A DNA stretch of 64,000 nucleotides, from positions 27,580-91,579 of the forward strand of contig CAZRWU010000001.1 in the NCBI GenBank assembly GCA_964603915.1, given 5' to 3'. Below, one piece after another: positions 9,021 through 19,586 of the stretch (position 1 is its first letter; each line of letters starts with the position of its first letter). The notes under the pieces are model-generated. The model had not been told where the DNA came from. It made no database searches and saw only the letters and a program-made list of their open reading frames with translations. This stretch comes from an uncultured Rhodospirillaceae bacterium (GTDB taxonomy: Bacteria; Pseudomonadota; Alphaproteobacteria; Rhodospirillales; Defluviicoccaceae). The translations under genes and the position numbers were made by a program.

Positions 9021-10835
9021 TTGGACGCCGTAACGGCAACGAACCGTGCAGAGTTCTCCGATATCGTGCTTGGCGTCGAGCGCTCCGTCTCCGGAAAACG
9101 CTGGCTCTTCCGCCCCTTCGACACGCGGGCCGCGCTGGCGATGGCGCAGCGGCTGGCGGTGCCCGAAATCGTCGGCCGCGTGCTGGCGGGACGGGGCGTG
9201 CCAATCGATCAAGCGGATGACTTCCTCAATCCGACATTGCGCGCATCCCTGCCCGACCCGAGCCGGCTTACCGACATGGAGACGGGCGCCGCCCGACTGG
9301 CCGAGGCGATCCGCCGGAACGAACCGATAGCGGTCTTTGCCGATTACGATGTTGACGGCGCCACGTCGGCCGCTCTGCTGGCGCGGTTCTTCGCCGCCCT
9401 TGGTCGTCCTCTTCGTGTTTACGTCCCGGACCGCCTCAGCGAAGGTTATGGACCGACCAAAGAAGCGCTCCTACAACTACGCCAGGATGGCATTGCCGTT
9501 GTCGTCACCGTCGATTGCGGCACATCCGCCCATGAAGCGTTGAGCGCCGCGGCGCAAGCCGGGCTTGACGTTGTCGTCGTTGATCACCATGCGGTGGAGG
9601 CTCAGTTGCCGCCGGCGACGGCGGTCATCAACCCCAACCGGATGGACGATTCAAGCGATCAGGGTCACCTTGCGGCAGTCGGCGTAACCTTCCTGCTGGT
9701 TGTGGCTGTCAACCGCGCGCTCCGCAACCGGGGCTTTTACCATCCTGGCCAGTCCGAACCCGATCTGCGTTTATGGCTTGATCTCGTTGCCCTGGGGACT
9801 CTTTGCGATCTTGTGCCCTTGAAAGGCGTCAACCGGACGCTGGTTGTTCAGGGCCTCAAGGTGATGGCGCAGTGGAGCAACCAGGGTCTGAAAGCGCTTG
9901 CCGCGGTCGCCGGGCTGGATGCGCCTCCCGGCCCTTATCATGCCGGTTTCGTCTTCGGCCCGCGCATCAACGCCGCCGGCCGCGTTGGCGAGGCGGGATT
10001 GGGCGCTCGTCTTCTCGCCAGCGAGGACCAGGCGGAAGCGGCCGATATGGCGCGCCGCCTCGACCTTGCCAACCGCGCGCGACAGGAGATCGAAGCCTCC
10101 GTTCTCCAGGAAGCGTTCACGCAGATCGCCATGCAGCCGATCGCAGCGGGCGGCGCCACGGTGCTGATGGCTGCGGGACAGGGTTGGCATCCCGGCGTGG
10201 TCGGAATCGTCGCCAGCCGGCTCGTCGAGCGCTTCAATTGTCCAGCCTGCGTCGTTGCGCTTCGCGACGGCGTCGGGACGGGATCAGGCCGATCCATTGC
10301 CGGCGCCGACCTCGGCGCCGCGGTCATCGCGGCCCGCGAGGCCGGCTTGCTTCTCAGGGGCGGCGGCCACGCCATGGCGGCCGGCTTCAGCGTCGCGGAA
10401 AGCCGCCTGGATGAGTTGCGCGCGTTCCTCGCCGATCGTCTCGCCGCGGCGGTGCAGGCGGCGGCAGTGCTGCCCACCCTTTACCTCGATGGCACCTTCA
10501 CCGTCAGTGGCGCTTCGGCTTCCCTATCGGCTGTTGTTGCCCAGGCCGGCCCCTTCGGCATTGGCAATCCTGAACCGCGTTTCGCGATCCCGATGGCGCG
10601 GATCGTCCATACGTCCGTCTCGCGCGGCGGGCATGTCCGTTGCGTGTTGGGGGATGCCGCGGAGAGACGTCTTAACGCCATCGCCTTTCGCTGCGCCGAT
10701 GGTCCCATCGGGCAGGCGCTGCTGCGGCACAAGGGCGCGCCGATGCACATCGCCGGGCGGTTGCGCATGGACAGACGTGGAGGGAAAGACCAGGTGCAAC
10801 TTCAGATCGACGACGCCGCCTTGATCGCGACGTAA
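9021..10835 (+). CDS. recJ: Single-stranded-DNA-specific exonuclease RecJ
   Basis: 604 aa. DHH-family motifs (DYDVDGATS, VDHH, GGHAMAAG). The start is a TTG at 9021, so the exact start is uncertain. Confidence 0.9.
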   Translation: MDAVTATNRAEFSDIVLGVERSVSGKRWLFRPFDTRAALAMAQRLAVPEIVGRVLAGRGVPIDQADDFLNPTLRASLPDPSRLTDMETGAARLAEAIRRNEPIAVFADYDVDGATSAALLARFFAALGRPLRVYVPDRLSEGYGPTKEALLQLRQDGIAVVVTVDCGTSAHEALSAAAQAGLDVVVVDHHAVEAQLPPATAVINPNRMDDSSDQGHLAAVGVTFLLVVAVNRALRNRGFYHPGQSEPDLRLWLDLVALGTLCDLVPLKGVNRTLVVQGLKVMAQWSNQGLKALAAVAGLDAPPGPYHAGFVFGPRINAAGRVGEAGLGARLLASEDQAEAADMARRLDLANRARQEIEASVLQEAFTQIAMQPIAAGGATVLMAAGQGWHPGVVGIVASRLVERFNCPACVVALRDGVGTGSGRSIAGADLGAAVIAAREAGLLLRGGGHAMAAGFSVAESRLDELRAFLADRLAAAVQAAAVLPTLYLDGTFTVSGASASLSAVVAQAGPFGIGNPEPRFAIPMARIVHTSVSRGGHVRCVLGDAAERRLNAIAFRCADGPIGQALLRHKGAPMHIAGRLRMDRRGGKDQVQLQIDDAALIAT

Positions 10836-10967
10836 CCGGCAAACCGGCGATTAACAGGGAAACGCGATCCGGGTTTTGATGGCCGACGCAAGACAGCGAA
10901 AGCGCCCGGTGCACGATCGGGCGCCTTCCTGTCCATGCAAAGAGATTCCTGATCAAGCCCTACTGGC

Positions 10968-12209
10968 TTACTGAGCCGCCTTCTGCGCCTTCAGGATCTT
11001 TGGCACGGTGTAAATCCGCAATTGCGCCGCATCGGGGAATCCCGAGCCAAGCAGTGGGCGCAAATAGAGCAAGAATTGGTCGCTCACGTCATGACCATTC
11101 TCGTGGATGAATTCGTCCGGCATCGTCTTGGTCTTGCCGCCGATGTCTTCAAGGGCGGAGAGATGATAACGCACGGAATAAAAGCCGGTGCGGTGAATGG
11201 TCACCGATCCTGAATGGTGGCCTTTCGAGTCGCCGAAGTGGGCGTATTGCACCGCCTTTTCGCCCACTTCCCGAGCTTCGCGCGCGTCGACATCGGAGAC
11301 GACGCCAAGGAAGGAGCGCTGCGTGTAGCCCAGCGTATCGGCGCGCACGCGGCTGATGTTGGTGTTCGCCCTGATGTGGTCGGCGAGCAAATCGCCAAGA
11401 ACGCTGGTTCCCGAGAGCTGGACGTTGCCGTGCGCATCCCGCTCGACCTTTGAGACGAGCTTGGTTGCGATCGGCTCGCCCGACGCGTCATGAACGCCTT
11501 CCGACACCGCGACGATGCAGCGGCCGTACTTGGTATAGATATCCTGGACGTCCTTCGTGAAATCATCGAGGCTGAAGGTCCGCTCCGGCATGTAGATCAG
11601 GTGCGGTCCATCGTCTTGAAACTTGCGGCCGAGCGCCGACGCGGCGGTGAGGAAGCCGGCATGGCGGCCCATGACCACGGCGATATAGACGCCCGGCAGC
11701 GCGCGGTTGTCCAGGTTCGCTCCCGCGAAGGCCAGCGCGACATAGCGCGCCGCCGACGGAAAGCCCGGCGTATGATCGTTGATGACGAGGTCATTATCGA
11801 TGGTCTTGGGGATATGCACGCAGTTAAGCCCGTAGCCGGCCTTTTCCGCTTCCAAGCGTACGATGCGCGCCGTATCGGAAGAATCGTTGCCGCCGATATA
11901 GAAAAACGTCCGAATATCATGCGCTTGGCAGACCTTGAAGATTTCCGCGCAGTACTTGGCGTCCGGCTTGTCGCGGGTCGAGCCCAGCGCCGCCGCCGGT
12001 GTGCGCGCCACCATCTCGAGGTTGTGCGTGGTTTCTCGCGTAAGGTCGACGAGGTCCTCGTTGATGATTCCGCGCACGCCGTGATGGGCGCCATAAACGC
12101 GCTCAACTGTCGGAATCTTACGCGATTCGATCACCGCGCCGACCAGCGACTCATTGATCACCGCCGTCGGCCCGCCGCCTTGAGCGATCAGTACCTTGCC
12201 TTCTAACAT
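10968..12209 (-). CDS. pfp: Pyrophosphate-dependent 6-phosphofructokinase (PFK family)
   Basis: PFK motifs (GGGPTAVIN, FFYIGGNDS, IPKTIDND). Start moved to ATG 12209 (MLEGKV) because AGGGAGGA lies 9 nt upstream. The ORF-track start 12218 abuts the SD. Confidence 0.85.
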   Translation of the reverse strand: MLEGKVLIAQGGGPTAVINESLVGAVIESRKIPTVERVYGAHHGVRGIINEDLVDLTRETTHNLEMVARTPAAALGSTRDKPDAKYCAEIFKVCQAHDIRTFFYIGGNDSSDTARIVRLEAEKAGYGLNCVHIPKTIDNDLVINDHTPGFPSAARYVALAFAGANLDNRALPGVYIAVVMGRHAGFLTAASALGRKFQDDGPHLIYMPERTFSLDDFTKDVQDIYTKYGRCIVAVSEGVHDASGEPIATKLVSKVERDAHGNVQLSGTSVLGDLLADHIRANTNISRVRADTLGYTQRSFLGVVSDVDAREAREVGEKAVQYAHFGDSKGHHSGSVTIHRTGFYSVRYHLSALEDIGGKTKTMPDEFIHENGHDVSDQFLLYLRPLLGSGFPDAAQLRIYTVPKILKAQKAAQ

Positions 12210-12394
12210 CGGTCTCATTCCTCCCTTGCTCTCAACATCGAGAGCTTGACCTCACAACTCTATCCGGATGTTTGCGTATTCCGTCACGCGCCCGCACCCT
12301 GGCGCGGAAACTAGCACGCTGCCCGAACCTGCGGAAGAGCGAAAGGCCGCTTGGAGCGTAATGCGCAGAGGAGTCCACTCTGGCCCCGCCGCTG

Positions 12395-12427
12395 TCGATG
12401 CTGCTGATACGCCCCGTCCTGCGCGCC
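12395..12427 (+). repeat. 33-bp perfect direct repeat, leader copy
   Basis: TCGATGCTGCTGATACGCCCCGTCCTGCGCGCC is identical to 13032..13064. This copy lies ~125 nt upstream of the transporter start codon. Confidence 0.9.
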
Positions 12428-12551
12428 TGTCCCTATATCCCACTCGGCTCTGTGTGATATCTTGGGTAAAGGTCGCAATGGTAAGTGTTGTCTGGAACAG
12501 GATGAAGTCGCTAACATCGAAGCCAGGACAGGCCTAATCCTGGGGACATCT

Positions 12552-14000
12552 ATGAACAAAAAGGCTGCCATTGCCGCATTTGTGGCTGGCTTCGCGCCAG
12601 CCGCCGGACACGCCGCGCATCCCCCCGCTCCCGCGGCTCATGGCGGCGTCCTGCCGCCTCATCTGCATCTCGATGGCTCGGAGCTCAGCTTGATCTGGGG
12701 CGTTCCGTTCGCCGGCATCCTGCTGTCGATAGCGATCTTGCCGTTGCTGGCGCCTCATTTCTGGGAACGTCATTTCGGCAAGATCTCGGCGCTTTGGACA
12801 GCTCTTGTAATCGTTCCAATGTTACTGATCGTGGGCTGGCAAATTACTTTATTTGAAATCATTCATCTTCTTTCTTTAGAATACCTCCCCTTTATTATCT
12901 TATTATTGGCGCTGTTCACGGTTGCCGGAGGGATTCATGTCGGGGGAAGCTTGCGCGGCACCCCCACCAGCAACACCGCCTTTCTTGCCTTCGGCACGGC
13001 CATCGCCAGTTGGACGGGCACCACGGGCGCATCGATGCTGCTGATACGCCCCGTCCTGCGCGCCAACGCCGAACGCCGCCACAAGGTTCACGTGATCATT
13101 TTTTTCATTTTCCTGGTGAGCAACATCGGAGGAGGATTGACGCCGCTTGGCGATCCACCATTGTTTCTGGGTTTTTTGAAAGGGGTAAATTTCTTCTGGC
13201 CTACTGTGCATTTATTTTTTCCGGTACTCGTTATGGCTGGTCCGCTCCTGTTGATTTTTTTCCTCCTCGATACCTGGTATTTCCGCAAAGAAGCCAGCCC
13301 CCCGACGAGCGGCGGGATTAAAACGAAGGTTCGGATAAGCGGCCTGCCAAACATTGTGCTGTTGGCCGGCGTCATTGGCGCCGTGCTGATGAGCGGCGTA
13401 TGGGATCCAGGGGTTTCGATCACGATCTATCACGTTGACATTGAATTGCAAAACATCGCGCGGGATGGCGCCTTGTTGCTCATCGCATGGATTTCATGGC
13501 GGTTTACGGACCGTCAGCACCGCCATGCCAATGCGTTCAACTGGCACCCCATCATCGAGGTGGCAAAGTTGTTCGCCGGCATATTCGTGACGATTATTCC
13601 GGTGATCGCCATCCTCAAGGCCGGTCAGGCGGGGGATTTGCGCGCCGTTATCGACGGCGTCAGTCACGGTGGACAGCCCGTCAACGCCATGTATTTCTGG
13701 GTCACCGGCCTGCTTTCGAGTTTTCTCGATAACGCCCCCACCTATCTCGTATTTTTCAACGCCGCCGGCGGCGATCCCCAGGCGTTGATGGGCCCCCTGT
13801 CCAATACGCTTGTGGCAATTTCCGTCGGAGCCGTCTTTATGGGCGCCAACAGTTACATCGGCAATGCCCCGAACTTCATGGTCAAGGCCATTGCCGAAAC
13901 AAGCGGCATTCGCATGCCCAGCTTCTTTGGATATCTGGCTTGGTCGGCGATCTTTTTGCTGCCGCTGTTCGCCCTCTTGACGCTCATTTTCTTTGTCTGA
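12552..14000 (+). CDS. Ion transporter of the ArsB/NhaD (sodium:proton antiporter-like) permease superfamily
   Basis: Polytopic membrane protein starting at ATG 12552 (MNKKAAIAAFVAGFAPAAGHA). Resembles proteins annotated as sodium:proton antiporter. Substrate not inferable. Confidence 0.65.
   Translation: MNKKAAIAAFVAGFAPAAGHAAHPPAPAAHGGVLPPHLHLDGSELSLIWGVPFAGILLSIAILPLLAPHFWERHFGKISALWTALVIVPMLLIVGWQITLFEIIHLLSLEYLPFIILLLALFTVAGGIHVGGSLRGTPTSNTAFLAFGTAIASWTGTTGASMLLIRPVLRANAERRHKVHVIIFFIFLVSNIGGGLTPLGDPPLFLGFLKGVNFFWPTVHLFFPVLVMAGPLLLIFFLLDTWYFRKEASPPTSGGIKTKVRISGLPNIVLLAGVIGAVLMSGVWDPGVSITIYHVDIELQNIARDGALLLIAWISWRFTDRQHRHANAFNWHPIIEVAKLFAGIFVTIIPVIAILKAGQAGDLRAVIDGVSHGGQPVNAMYFWVTGLLSSFLDNAPTYLVFFNAAGGDPQALMGPLSNTLVAISVGAVFMGANSYIGNAPNFMVKAIAETSGIRMPSFFGYLAWSAIFLLPLFALLTLIFFV
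13032..13064 (+). repeat. 33-bp perfect direct repeat, intragenic copy
   Basis: Identical to 12395..12427. It encodes SMLLIRPVLRA inside the transporter. Confidence 0.9.
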
Positions 14001-14099
14001 TTGGCGGCAGCGAGCGTCCGGCAACGTGCCGGGCCCGACAGCAATGAGCGCGCTTGATCTGCGCTCGCCGCCTATCCTCCCGATCGCGAAGCGCCTACC

Positions 14100-14918
14100 C
14101 TAATGCCGCATCAGGACCGGGATCGTCGTGTGCCGCATGATGGTGTCGGTCACCCCGCCGAGCAGGAACTCGCGCATGCGCGAATGAACATAAGCCCCCA
14201 TGACCAGCATGTCGCAGCCGTACTCCGAGGCGATATCGAGGATTTCATGCCCGTCGGCGGTGCTTGTCCCGATGACCTTGCCATGAACATCGTGGCACTT
14301 CAGGTAGCGCACGATATCGCTGCCGGGAATTTCCATGTCCACTTCCGGCGCCGCGATAATGAAAACCTCATCGGCTTGGCGCAGAAAATCCATTGAGACG
14401 CGCAGCGCGGCGCTTGCTTCCCGGCTATCCTTCCAGGCGATCAGGATCCGGGTTCCGATCGGCCCCGGCGACCACTCCCAAGGGAGGAGAAGCATCGGAC
14501 AGCCTGTCGCCCTCACCAGATTGTTCGCCAGATCGGTCAGCAAGACTTCCTCGACGGCGTTGCGAGGCGTTTGTTCCGCAATCACCAGATCAGCCAAGTG
14601 CGAATAACGGGCAATGATTTTTTCGACATCGCCGAAATGCTGATGCCACTCCCATGACGGCAGATCCTTGCAGACCTCCGCCACTTCGCGCCTGATCTGC
14701 ATGCTGTGCTGTTCCTCTCGTTCCGTCGCGTCATCCAAATACTGCATGGACAGCGTTCGGCCGACCGCGGGAGCGGGATAGTTGACCGGCGGTTTCGCAT
14801 AAACGGCGTTCAGATGCGCGTGAAAACGGCGCGCCAACGACGCCGCCACATGCAGTCGCAGCGTATGTTTTCGATCGTCGGAAATGTGAACAACGATGCA
14901 CTTGACGCTGGCGGCCAT
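14100..14918 (-). CDS. Universal stress protein, tandem UspA domains
   Basis: 272 aa with two Usp-like halves. The C-terminal half carries the ATP-binding-type motif (MGAYVHSRMREFLLGGVT). Confidence 0.8.
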   Translation of the reverse strand: MAASVKCIVVHISDDRKHTLRLHVAASLARRFHAHLNAVYAKPPVNYPAPAVGRTLSMQYLDDATEREEQHSMQIRREVAEVCKDLPSWEWHQHFGDVEKIIARYSHLADLVIAEQTPRNAVEEVLLTDLANNLVRATGCPMLLLPWEWSPGPIGTRILIAWKDSREASAALRVSMDFLRQADEVFIIAAPEVDMEIPGSDIVRYLKCHDVHGKVIGTSTADGHEILDIASEYGCDMLVMGAYVHSRMREFLLGGVTDTIMRHTTIPVLMRH

Positions 14919-15213
14919 GGTTGCGCTTCCCCGCGGTTTTCGGTTGCTGCACTTGGATTATCGGTGGGACCGTACCTTCGCGTATAGGGGAAATCAAGAA
15001 AAGCGCCGGCGTAACGGAGAGGACGGCGCGGAGGCATGTTCTTGCTGCAACGCAATATCAACAAGCTGTGAGACAGCAGCGGCAGCGCCGAACTTTCTAG
15101 GATTTTTTCCTTACAACAACTCTGCAACGGTGCACAAAAAAGTATTTTCCTATCAGCAAAACCACGCTGGTGTGCTGTACTGTGCTGCATAAGCGAAAAA
15201 GAGAAGGTGGGCC

Positions 15214-16749
15214 ATGCGCGAAATCATCGAGCTACTGGAGCAAAAGCGGTCGCAGGCGCGGGAAGGTGGAGGCCAAAAGCGGATCGACGCCCAGCACAAG
15301 CGGGGAAAACTTACCGCCCGTGAGCGGCTTGAGGTTCTGTTCGATCCCGACTCGTTCGAAGAATGGGACATGTTCGTTGAGCATCGTTGCACTGCCTTCA
15401 ACATGGCCAACACTCAAATCCCCGGCGATGGCGTGGTGACCGGTTTCGGCACCATCAACGGTCGTCCCGTTTTCGTCTATAGCCAGGACTTCACTGTCTT
15501 CGGCGGAAGCCTCTCCGAGGCCCATGCCGAAAAAATCTGCAAGATTTTGGATCAGGCAATGAAAATCGGCGCCCCCGTGGTCGGCCTGAACGATTCCGGA
15601 GGCGCGCGAATTCAAGAGGGCGTCGCCTCTCTTGCCGGATATGCGGAAGTGTTCCAACGCAATGTCGATGCTTCCGGCGTCATACCTCAGATTTCCGTCA
15701 TCATGGGGCCATGCGCGGGCGGCGCGGTGTACTCGCCCGCATTGACCGATTTCGTCTTCATGGTGCGGGAGACGGCGCATATGTACGTGACGGGTCCCGA
15801 TGTCCTGAAGACGGTAACCAGCGAAGAGATCACGCATGAGGCGCTGGGCGGCGCCGATGTCCATACCTCCAAATCCGGCGTTGCCGACCGCGCTTTCGAC
15901 AACGATGTGGAAGCGCTTCTTTACGTGCGGCGTCTGATCAACTTCCTGCCCTCCTCGAACCGAAGCGAGATGCCGGTTCGCCCGACCATCGACAGCATCG
16001 ACCGGATCGAGCCGTCGTTGAACACGTTGGTTCCCGATAATTCCAACGCTCCCTATGACATCAAGGAACTGATCATCAAGATTGTCGACGAAGGCCTGTT
16101 TTTCGAGATTAAGCCCGACTACGCCCCCAACATCATCGTCGGCTTCGGCCGCCTCAATGGCATGACGACCGGCATCGTCGCCAACCAGCCGATGGTGCTC
16201 GCCGGCTGTCTGGATATCGACGCCTCGATCAAGGGCGCCCGCTTCGTCCGCTTCTGCGACGCCTTCAACATACCGATCGTCACGCTCGTGGATGTTCCAG
16301 GCTTCCTTCCCGGCGTCGGTCAGGAGCATGCCGGCATCATTCGCCACGGCGCCAAGCTGCTTTACGCATACGCCGAGGCCACCGTTCCCAAGGTGACGGT
16401 GATTACGCGCAAGGCCTACGGCGGCGCCTACGACGTGATGGGCTCCAAGCACCTTCGCGCCGACATCAATTACGCTTGGCCCAGCGCCGAAGTCGCCGTG
16501 ATGGGGGCCAAGGGCGCCGTCGAGATTCTCGCCAGCGAAGAAATCCGCAAGGATCCTGATCGGCTTGCGGCCAAGGTGGAGGAATACCGGAAAGCCTTCG
16601 CCAATCCCTTTGGCGTCGCCCGGCGAGGCTTCATCGACGACGTGATCATGCCGCAGAGCACCCGCCGACGTCTATGCAAGGCGCTGACCATGCTCCGCAA
16701 CAAGGACGTGACGCAAATTCGCCGCAAGCACGCGAATTGCCCCCTTTAA
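15214..16749 (+). CDS. pccB: Propionyl-CoA carboxylase beta subunit (carboxyltransferase)
   Basis: 511 aa, acyl-CoA carboxyltransferase family ([22 protein letters not shown]). Immediately upstream of the biotin carboxylase subunit. Confidence 0.9.
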   Translation: MREIIELLEQKRSQAREGGGQKRIDAQHKRGKLTARERLEVLFDPDSFEEWDMFVEHRCTAFNMANTQIPGDGVVTGFGTINGRPVFVYSQDFTVFGGSLSEAHAEKICKILDQAMKIGAPVVGLNDSGGARIQEGVASLAGYAEVFQRNVDASGVIPQISVIMGPCAGGAVYSPALTDFVFMVRETAHMYVTGPDVLKTVTSEEITHEALGGADVHTSKSGVADRAFDNDVEALLYVRRLINFLPSSNRSEMPVRPTIDSIDRIEPSLNTLVPDNSNAPYDIKELIIKIVDEGLFFEIKPDYAPNIIVGFGRLNGMTTGIVANQPMVLAGCLDIDASIKGARFVRFCDAFNIPIVTLVDVPGFLPGVGQEHAGIIRHGAKLLYAYAEATVPKVTVITRKAYGGAYDVMGSKHLRADINYAWPSAEVAVMGAKGAVEILASEEIRKDPDRLAAKVEEYRKAFANPFGVARRGFIDDVIMPQSTRRRLCKALTMLRNKDVTQIRRKHANCPL

Positions 16750-16764
16750 GGTCGGAAACAAGCA

Positions 16765-18765
16765 ATGTTCAAGAAAATACTGATCGCCAATCGCGGCGAG
16801 ATCGTGCTCCGCATCAACCGGACTGCGCAGCGCATGGGAATCCGCACGGTCGCTATTTACTCCGATGCGGACAAATACGGACTTCATGTCAAGGTCTGCG
16901 ACGAAGCCGTCCACGTCGGGCCCTCGCCCGCCAACGAAAGCTATCTCGCGATGGACAAGATCATCGCCGCCTGCAAGCAGACGGGCGCCGATGCCGTTCA
17001 TCCGGGCTATGGATTTTTATCGGAGAACGCCAAGTTCGCCCGCGCGCTTGCCGAAAACGGCATCACGTTCATCGGCCCGGAGCCGGAAGTGCTCGCCATG
17101 ATGGGCGACAAGATCACCGCCAACCGCGCCGCCGATAAAGCCGGCGTTCCGACGGTTCCAGGGTATTGGGACCCTTTGGCTGACGCCGACGCCGCGGTCA
17201 GCGTCGCGCGTGAGATCGGCCTGCCGGTGATGCTCAAGGCCGCCGCCGGCGGCGGCGGCAAAGGCATCCGTATCGCCCGCAACGAGCAGGAACTGCGCGA
17301 GGCTTTTCGGTTGGCGAGTTCCGAAGCCCGATCGAGCTTTGGCGACGACCGGGTATTCATCGAGAAATTCATCGAGCATCCGCGACACATCGAGATCCAG
17401 GTGCTCGGCGACGGCCACGGCAACGTCATTCATCTCGGCGAGAGAGAATGCTCGATACAACGCCGCCATCAAAAGGTCATCGAGGAAGCTCCCTCTCCCA
17501 TCGTCGACCCGGCGATGCGCGATGACATGGGCAGCCGGGCCGTGGCGCTGGCCAAGTCCGTCGGCTACAGCTCGGCGGGGACGTGCGAATTCATCGTCGA
17601 CCAGAACAAGAACTATTACTTTCTCGAGATGAATACCCGTTTGCAGGTGGAGCACTCGGTGACTGAGTTCACCACCGGCATCGATCTTGTCGAATGGATG
17701 ATCCGCGTTGCCGCGGGAGAGCGGCTGACGATCACCCAGGACAAGGTGAGAATGAACGGCTGGGCAGTTGAAGCCCGCATCTACGCCGAGGATCCCAACC
17801 GAAAGTTCATGCCGTCGGTCGGCCGCCTCGTGCGTTACCGCACGCCGGAGGAGTCTCATCAGGTCAGGGTCGACAGCGGCATTTACGAAGGCGGCGAGAT
17901 TTCCCACTTCTACGACCCGATGATCGCCAAGGTGACGACGTGGGACCTGAATCGCGGCAGCGCCATTACGCAAATGCGCCGGGCCCTCGATGAATTCTAT
18001 ATCAAGGGAGTGGAGCACAATATCGCCTTCCTGACGGCGCTGATGGCCAATCCCCGATTCCTTGAAGCACGACTCACCACCAACTTCATCGAGGAAGAAT
18101 ATCCGGAAGGCTTCTCCCCGGCCCCGCTCGACGAAAAAGAGATAGAGGCGGTGCTCGCGGCAGCCACGCTCATGCATCTGCGCTATCTTCATCGCGCGGC
18201 GCGGATCACCGGCGCGATGCCGGGGTATCGACGGCAAATTTTGAAGGATTGGGTTGTCGTTGTCGATGGCAAGCACTTCCCCGTCTCCGTCGAACAGGAC
18301 GCGGCGCGCAGCGCCGAAGAAGGCTTCGACCTGTTCGTCAACGGCCGCATCGTTTCGGTCCACAGCGACTGGCAAATCGGGGATCCGGTGATGCGGTGCA
18401 CCGTCAACGCCGTTCCCGAGCGCTTCAAGGTGGAGCGTGTGGGCCTTGGCTATCACCTCTATCATCTCGGAGCCGAGATCAACGTCGTCGTCTACCGTCA
18501 GAAAGTCGCCAAGCTGGCGAAGCTGATGCCCAAGCGGAAGGCGGCCGACATGTCCAAGTACGTGGTGTCGCCCATGCCCGGTCTGTTACGCTCGTTGGCG
18601 CGCGAGCCGGGAGACAAGGTCGGGCCTGGTGACGAAATCGCCGTCATCGAGGCCATGAAAATGGAGAACATCATCCGCTCGACCGCTCCGGGCGTCATCG
18701 CGCGATTCCACGCTCAGCCGGGCGATACCGTTAAAGTCGGCCAGATCATCGCCGAGATGGAATAA
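16765..18765 (+). CDS. pccA: Propionyl-CoA carboxylase alpha subunit (biotin carboxylase + BCCP)
   Basis: 666 aa. ATP-grasp biotin carboxylase N-terminus (KILIANRGEI) and a C-terminal biotinyl motif (EAMKMEN). Confidence 0.9.
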   Translation: MFKKILIANRGEIVLRINRTAQRMGIRTVAIYSDADKYGLHVKVCDEAVHVGPSPANESYLAMDKIIAACKQTGADAVHPGYGFLSENAKFARALAENGITFIGPEPEVLAMMGDKITANRAADKAGVPTVPGYWDPLADADAAVSVAREIGLPVMLKAAAGGGGKGIRIARNEQELREAFRLASSEARSSFGDDRVFIEKFIEHPRHIEIQVLGDGHGNVIHLGERECSIQRRHQKVIEEAPSPIVDPAMRDDMGSRAVALAKSVGYSSAGTCEFIVDQNKNYYFLEMNTRLQVEHSVTEFTTGIDLVEWMIRVAAGERLTITQDKVRMNGWAVEARIYAEDPNRKFMPSVGRLVRYRTPEESHQVRVDSGIYEGGEISHFYDPMIAKVTTWDLNRGSAITQMRRALDEFYIKGVEHNIAFLTALMANPRFLEARLTTNFIEEEYPEGFSPAPLDEKEIEAVLAAATLMHLRYLHRAARITGAMPGYRRQILKDWVVVVDGKHFPVSVEQDAARSAEEGFDLFVNGRIVSVHSDWQIGDPVMRCTVNAVPERFKVERVGLGYHLYHLGAEINVVVYRQKVAKLAKLMPKRKAADMSKYVVSPMPGLLRSLAREPGDKVGPGDEIAVIEAMKMENIIRSTAPGVIARFHAQPGDTVKVGQIIAEME

Positions 18766-18798
18766 CACGCGCCATCTGGCGCGGATCTCTTGAGAAAC

Positions 18799-18840
18799 GC
18801 GGCAGGGAACCTTTATCCCTGCCGCGACCGTTATTATTTC
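18799..18840 (+). terminator. Terminator candidate after pccA
   Basis: Perfect 9-bp stem GCGGCAGGG / CCCTGCCGC with a 9-nt loop, followed by the T-rich GACCGTTATTATTTC. Confidence 0.5.
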
Positions 18841-18923
18841 CGCGCCGACTGAGTGCGATGGCGATGGTTGCGCCGCGCGCTCGCGCCGTGCGAGAGTCTC
18901 GCCCGCAAGCAAACGATCAGGGG

Positions 18924-19451
18924 ATGACGTTGAAAACCATCTATCTGCTGCGGCATGCGAAATCGAGCTGGGGGGATCCGGGTGTGGAAGACATCGATCG
19001 CCGACTCAGCAAGCGAGGCCGCCAAGCCGCTAAGGCGATGGCGCAGTACGTCTCAAGGCGCCGGATCGTTCCTGGACAAATTCTTTGCTCACCGGCGCGG
19101 CGGACGCGCGAAACGCTTCAGTGCATGGAGGAGAAACTCGACGCCGCCATTCCCATTCGTTTCGAAAAGGGAATCTACAATGCGGAGGCGCCGACCCTGC
19201 TCCGACGACTGCGCCGGCTGAGCGACGCATTGCCGTCGGTGATGATCATCGGCCACAACCCCGGCATGGAGCGGTTGGCGTTAATGCTGATCGGCGATGG
19301 CGAGACGGCGGCCCGAGACAAGCTCGCAAACAAGTACCCGACGGGCACGCTTGCGATCCTGACCGCGCCGATCGACCATTGGCGCGAGCTCGGTCCCGAG
19401 ACCGCCCGGCTTGAGGCGTTTGTGCGGCCAAAGGACTTGCACACGAGCTGA
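18924..19451 (+). CDS. Histidine phosphatase family protein (SixA-like)
   Basis: ATG 18924. YLLRHAKS catalytic RHA motif near the N-terminus and IGHNPG later in the protein. Confidence 0.7.
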   Translation: MTLKTIYLLRHAKSSWGDPGVEDIDRRLSKRGRQAAKAMAQYVSRRRIVPGQILCSPARRTRETLQCMEEKLDAAIPIRFEKGIYNAEAPTLLRRLRRLSDALPSVMIIGHNPGMERLALMLIGDGETAARDKLANKYPTGTLAILTAPIDHWRELGPETARLEAFVRPKDLHTS

Positions 19452-19586
19452 ACCCTCAGCAACGGAAACGGCTGAATGATTCCGTTCAGTGGCGGAGGTG
19501 TATGTCAGGACCGTTGGGGCTGTCCGTGAGCCAATGCCGGTGCGGCGCGCTCCCGTTTATCGTTCAAGTCGCATGCGGCGGGCACT

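Noticed and set aside
7664-9124. Long antisense ORFs opposite recognised genes, including 489..1538, 6396..7388, 7664..9124, 15232..16452, 17017..18465, 25511..26674, 30024..31178, 36998..38194, 41307..42881, 42891..44960, 45857..47029, 55000..55827 and 59701..61221
   Set aside because: These are typical high-GC shadow ORFs. They are Arg/Gly/Ala/Pro-rich, match no recognisable family, and each is completely covered by a confidently identified gene on the other strand.
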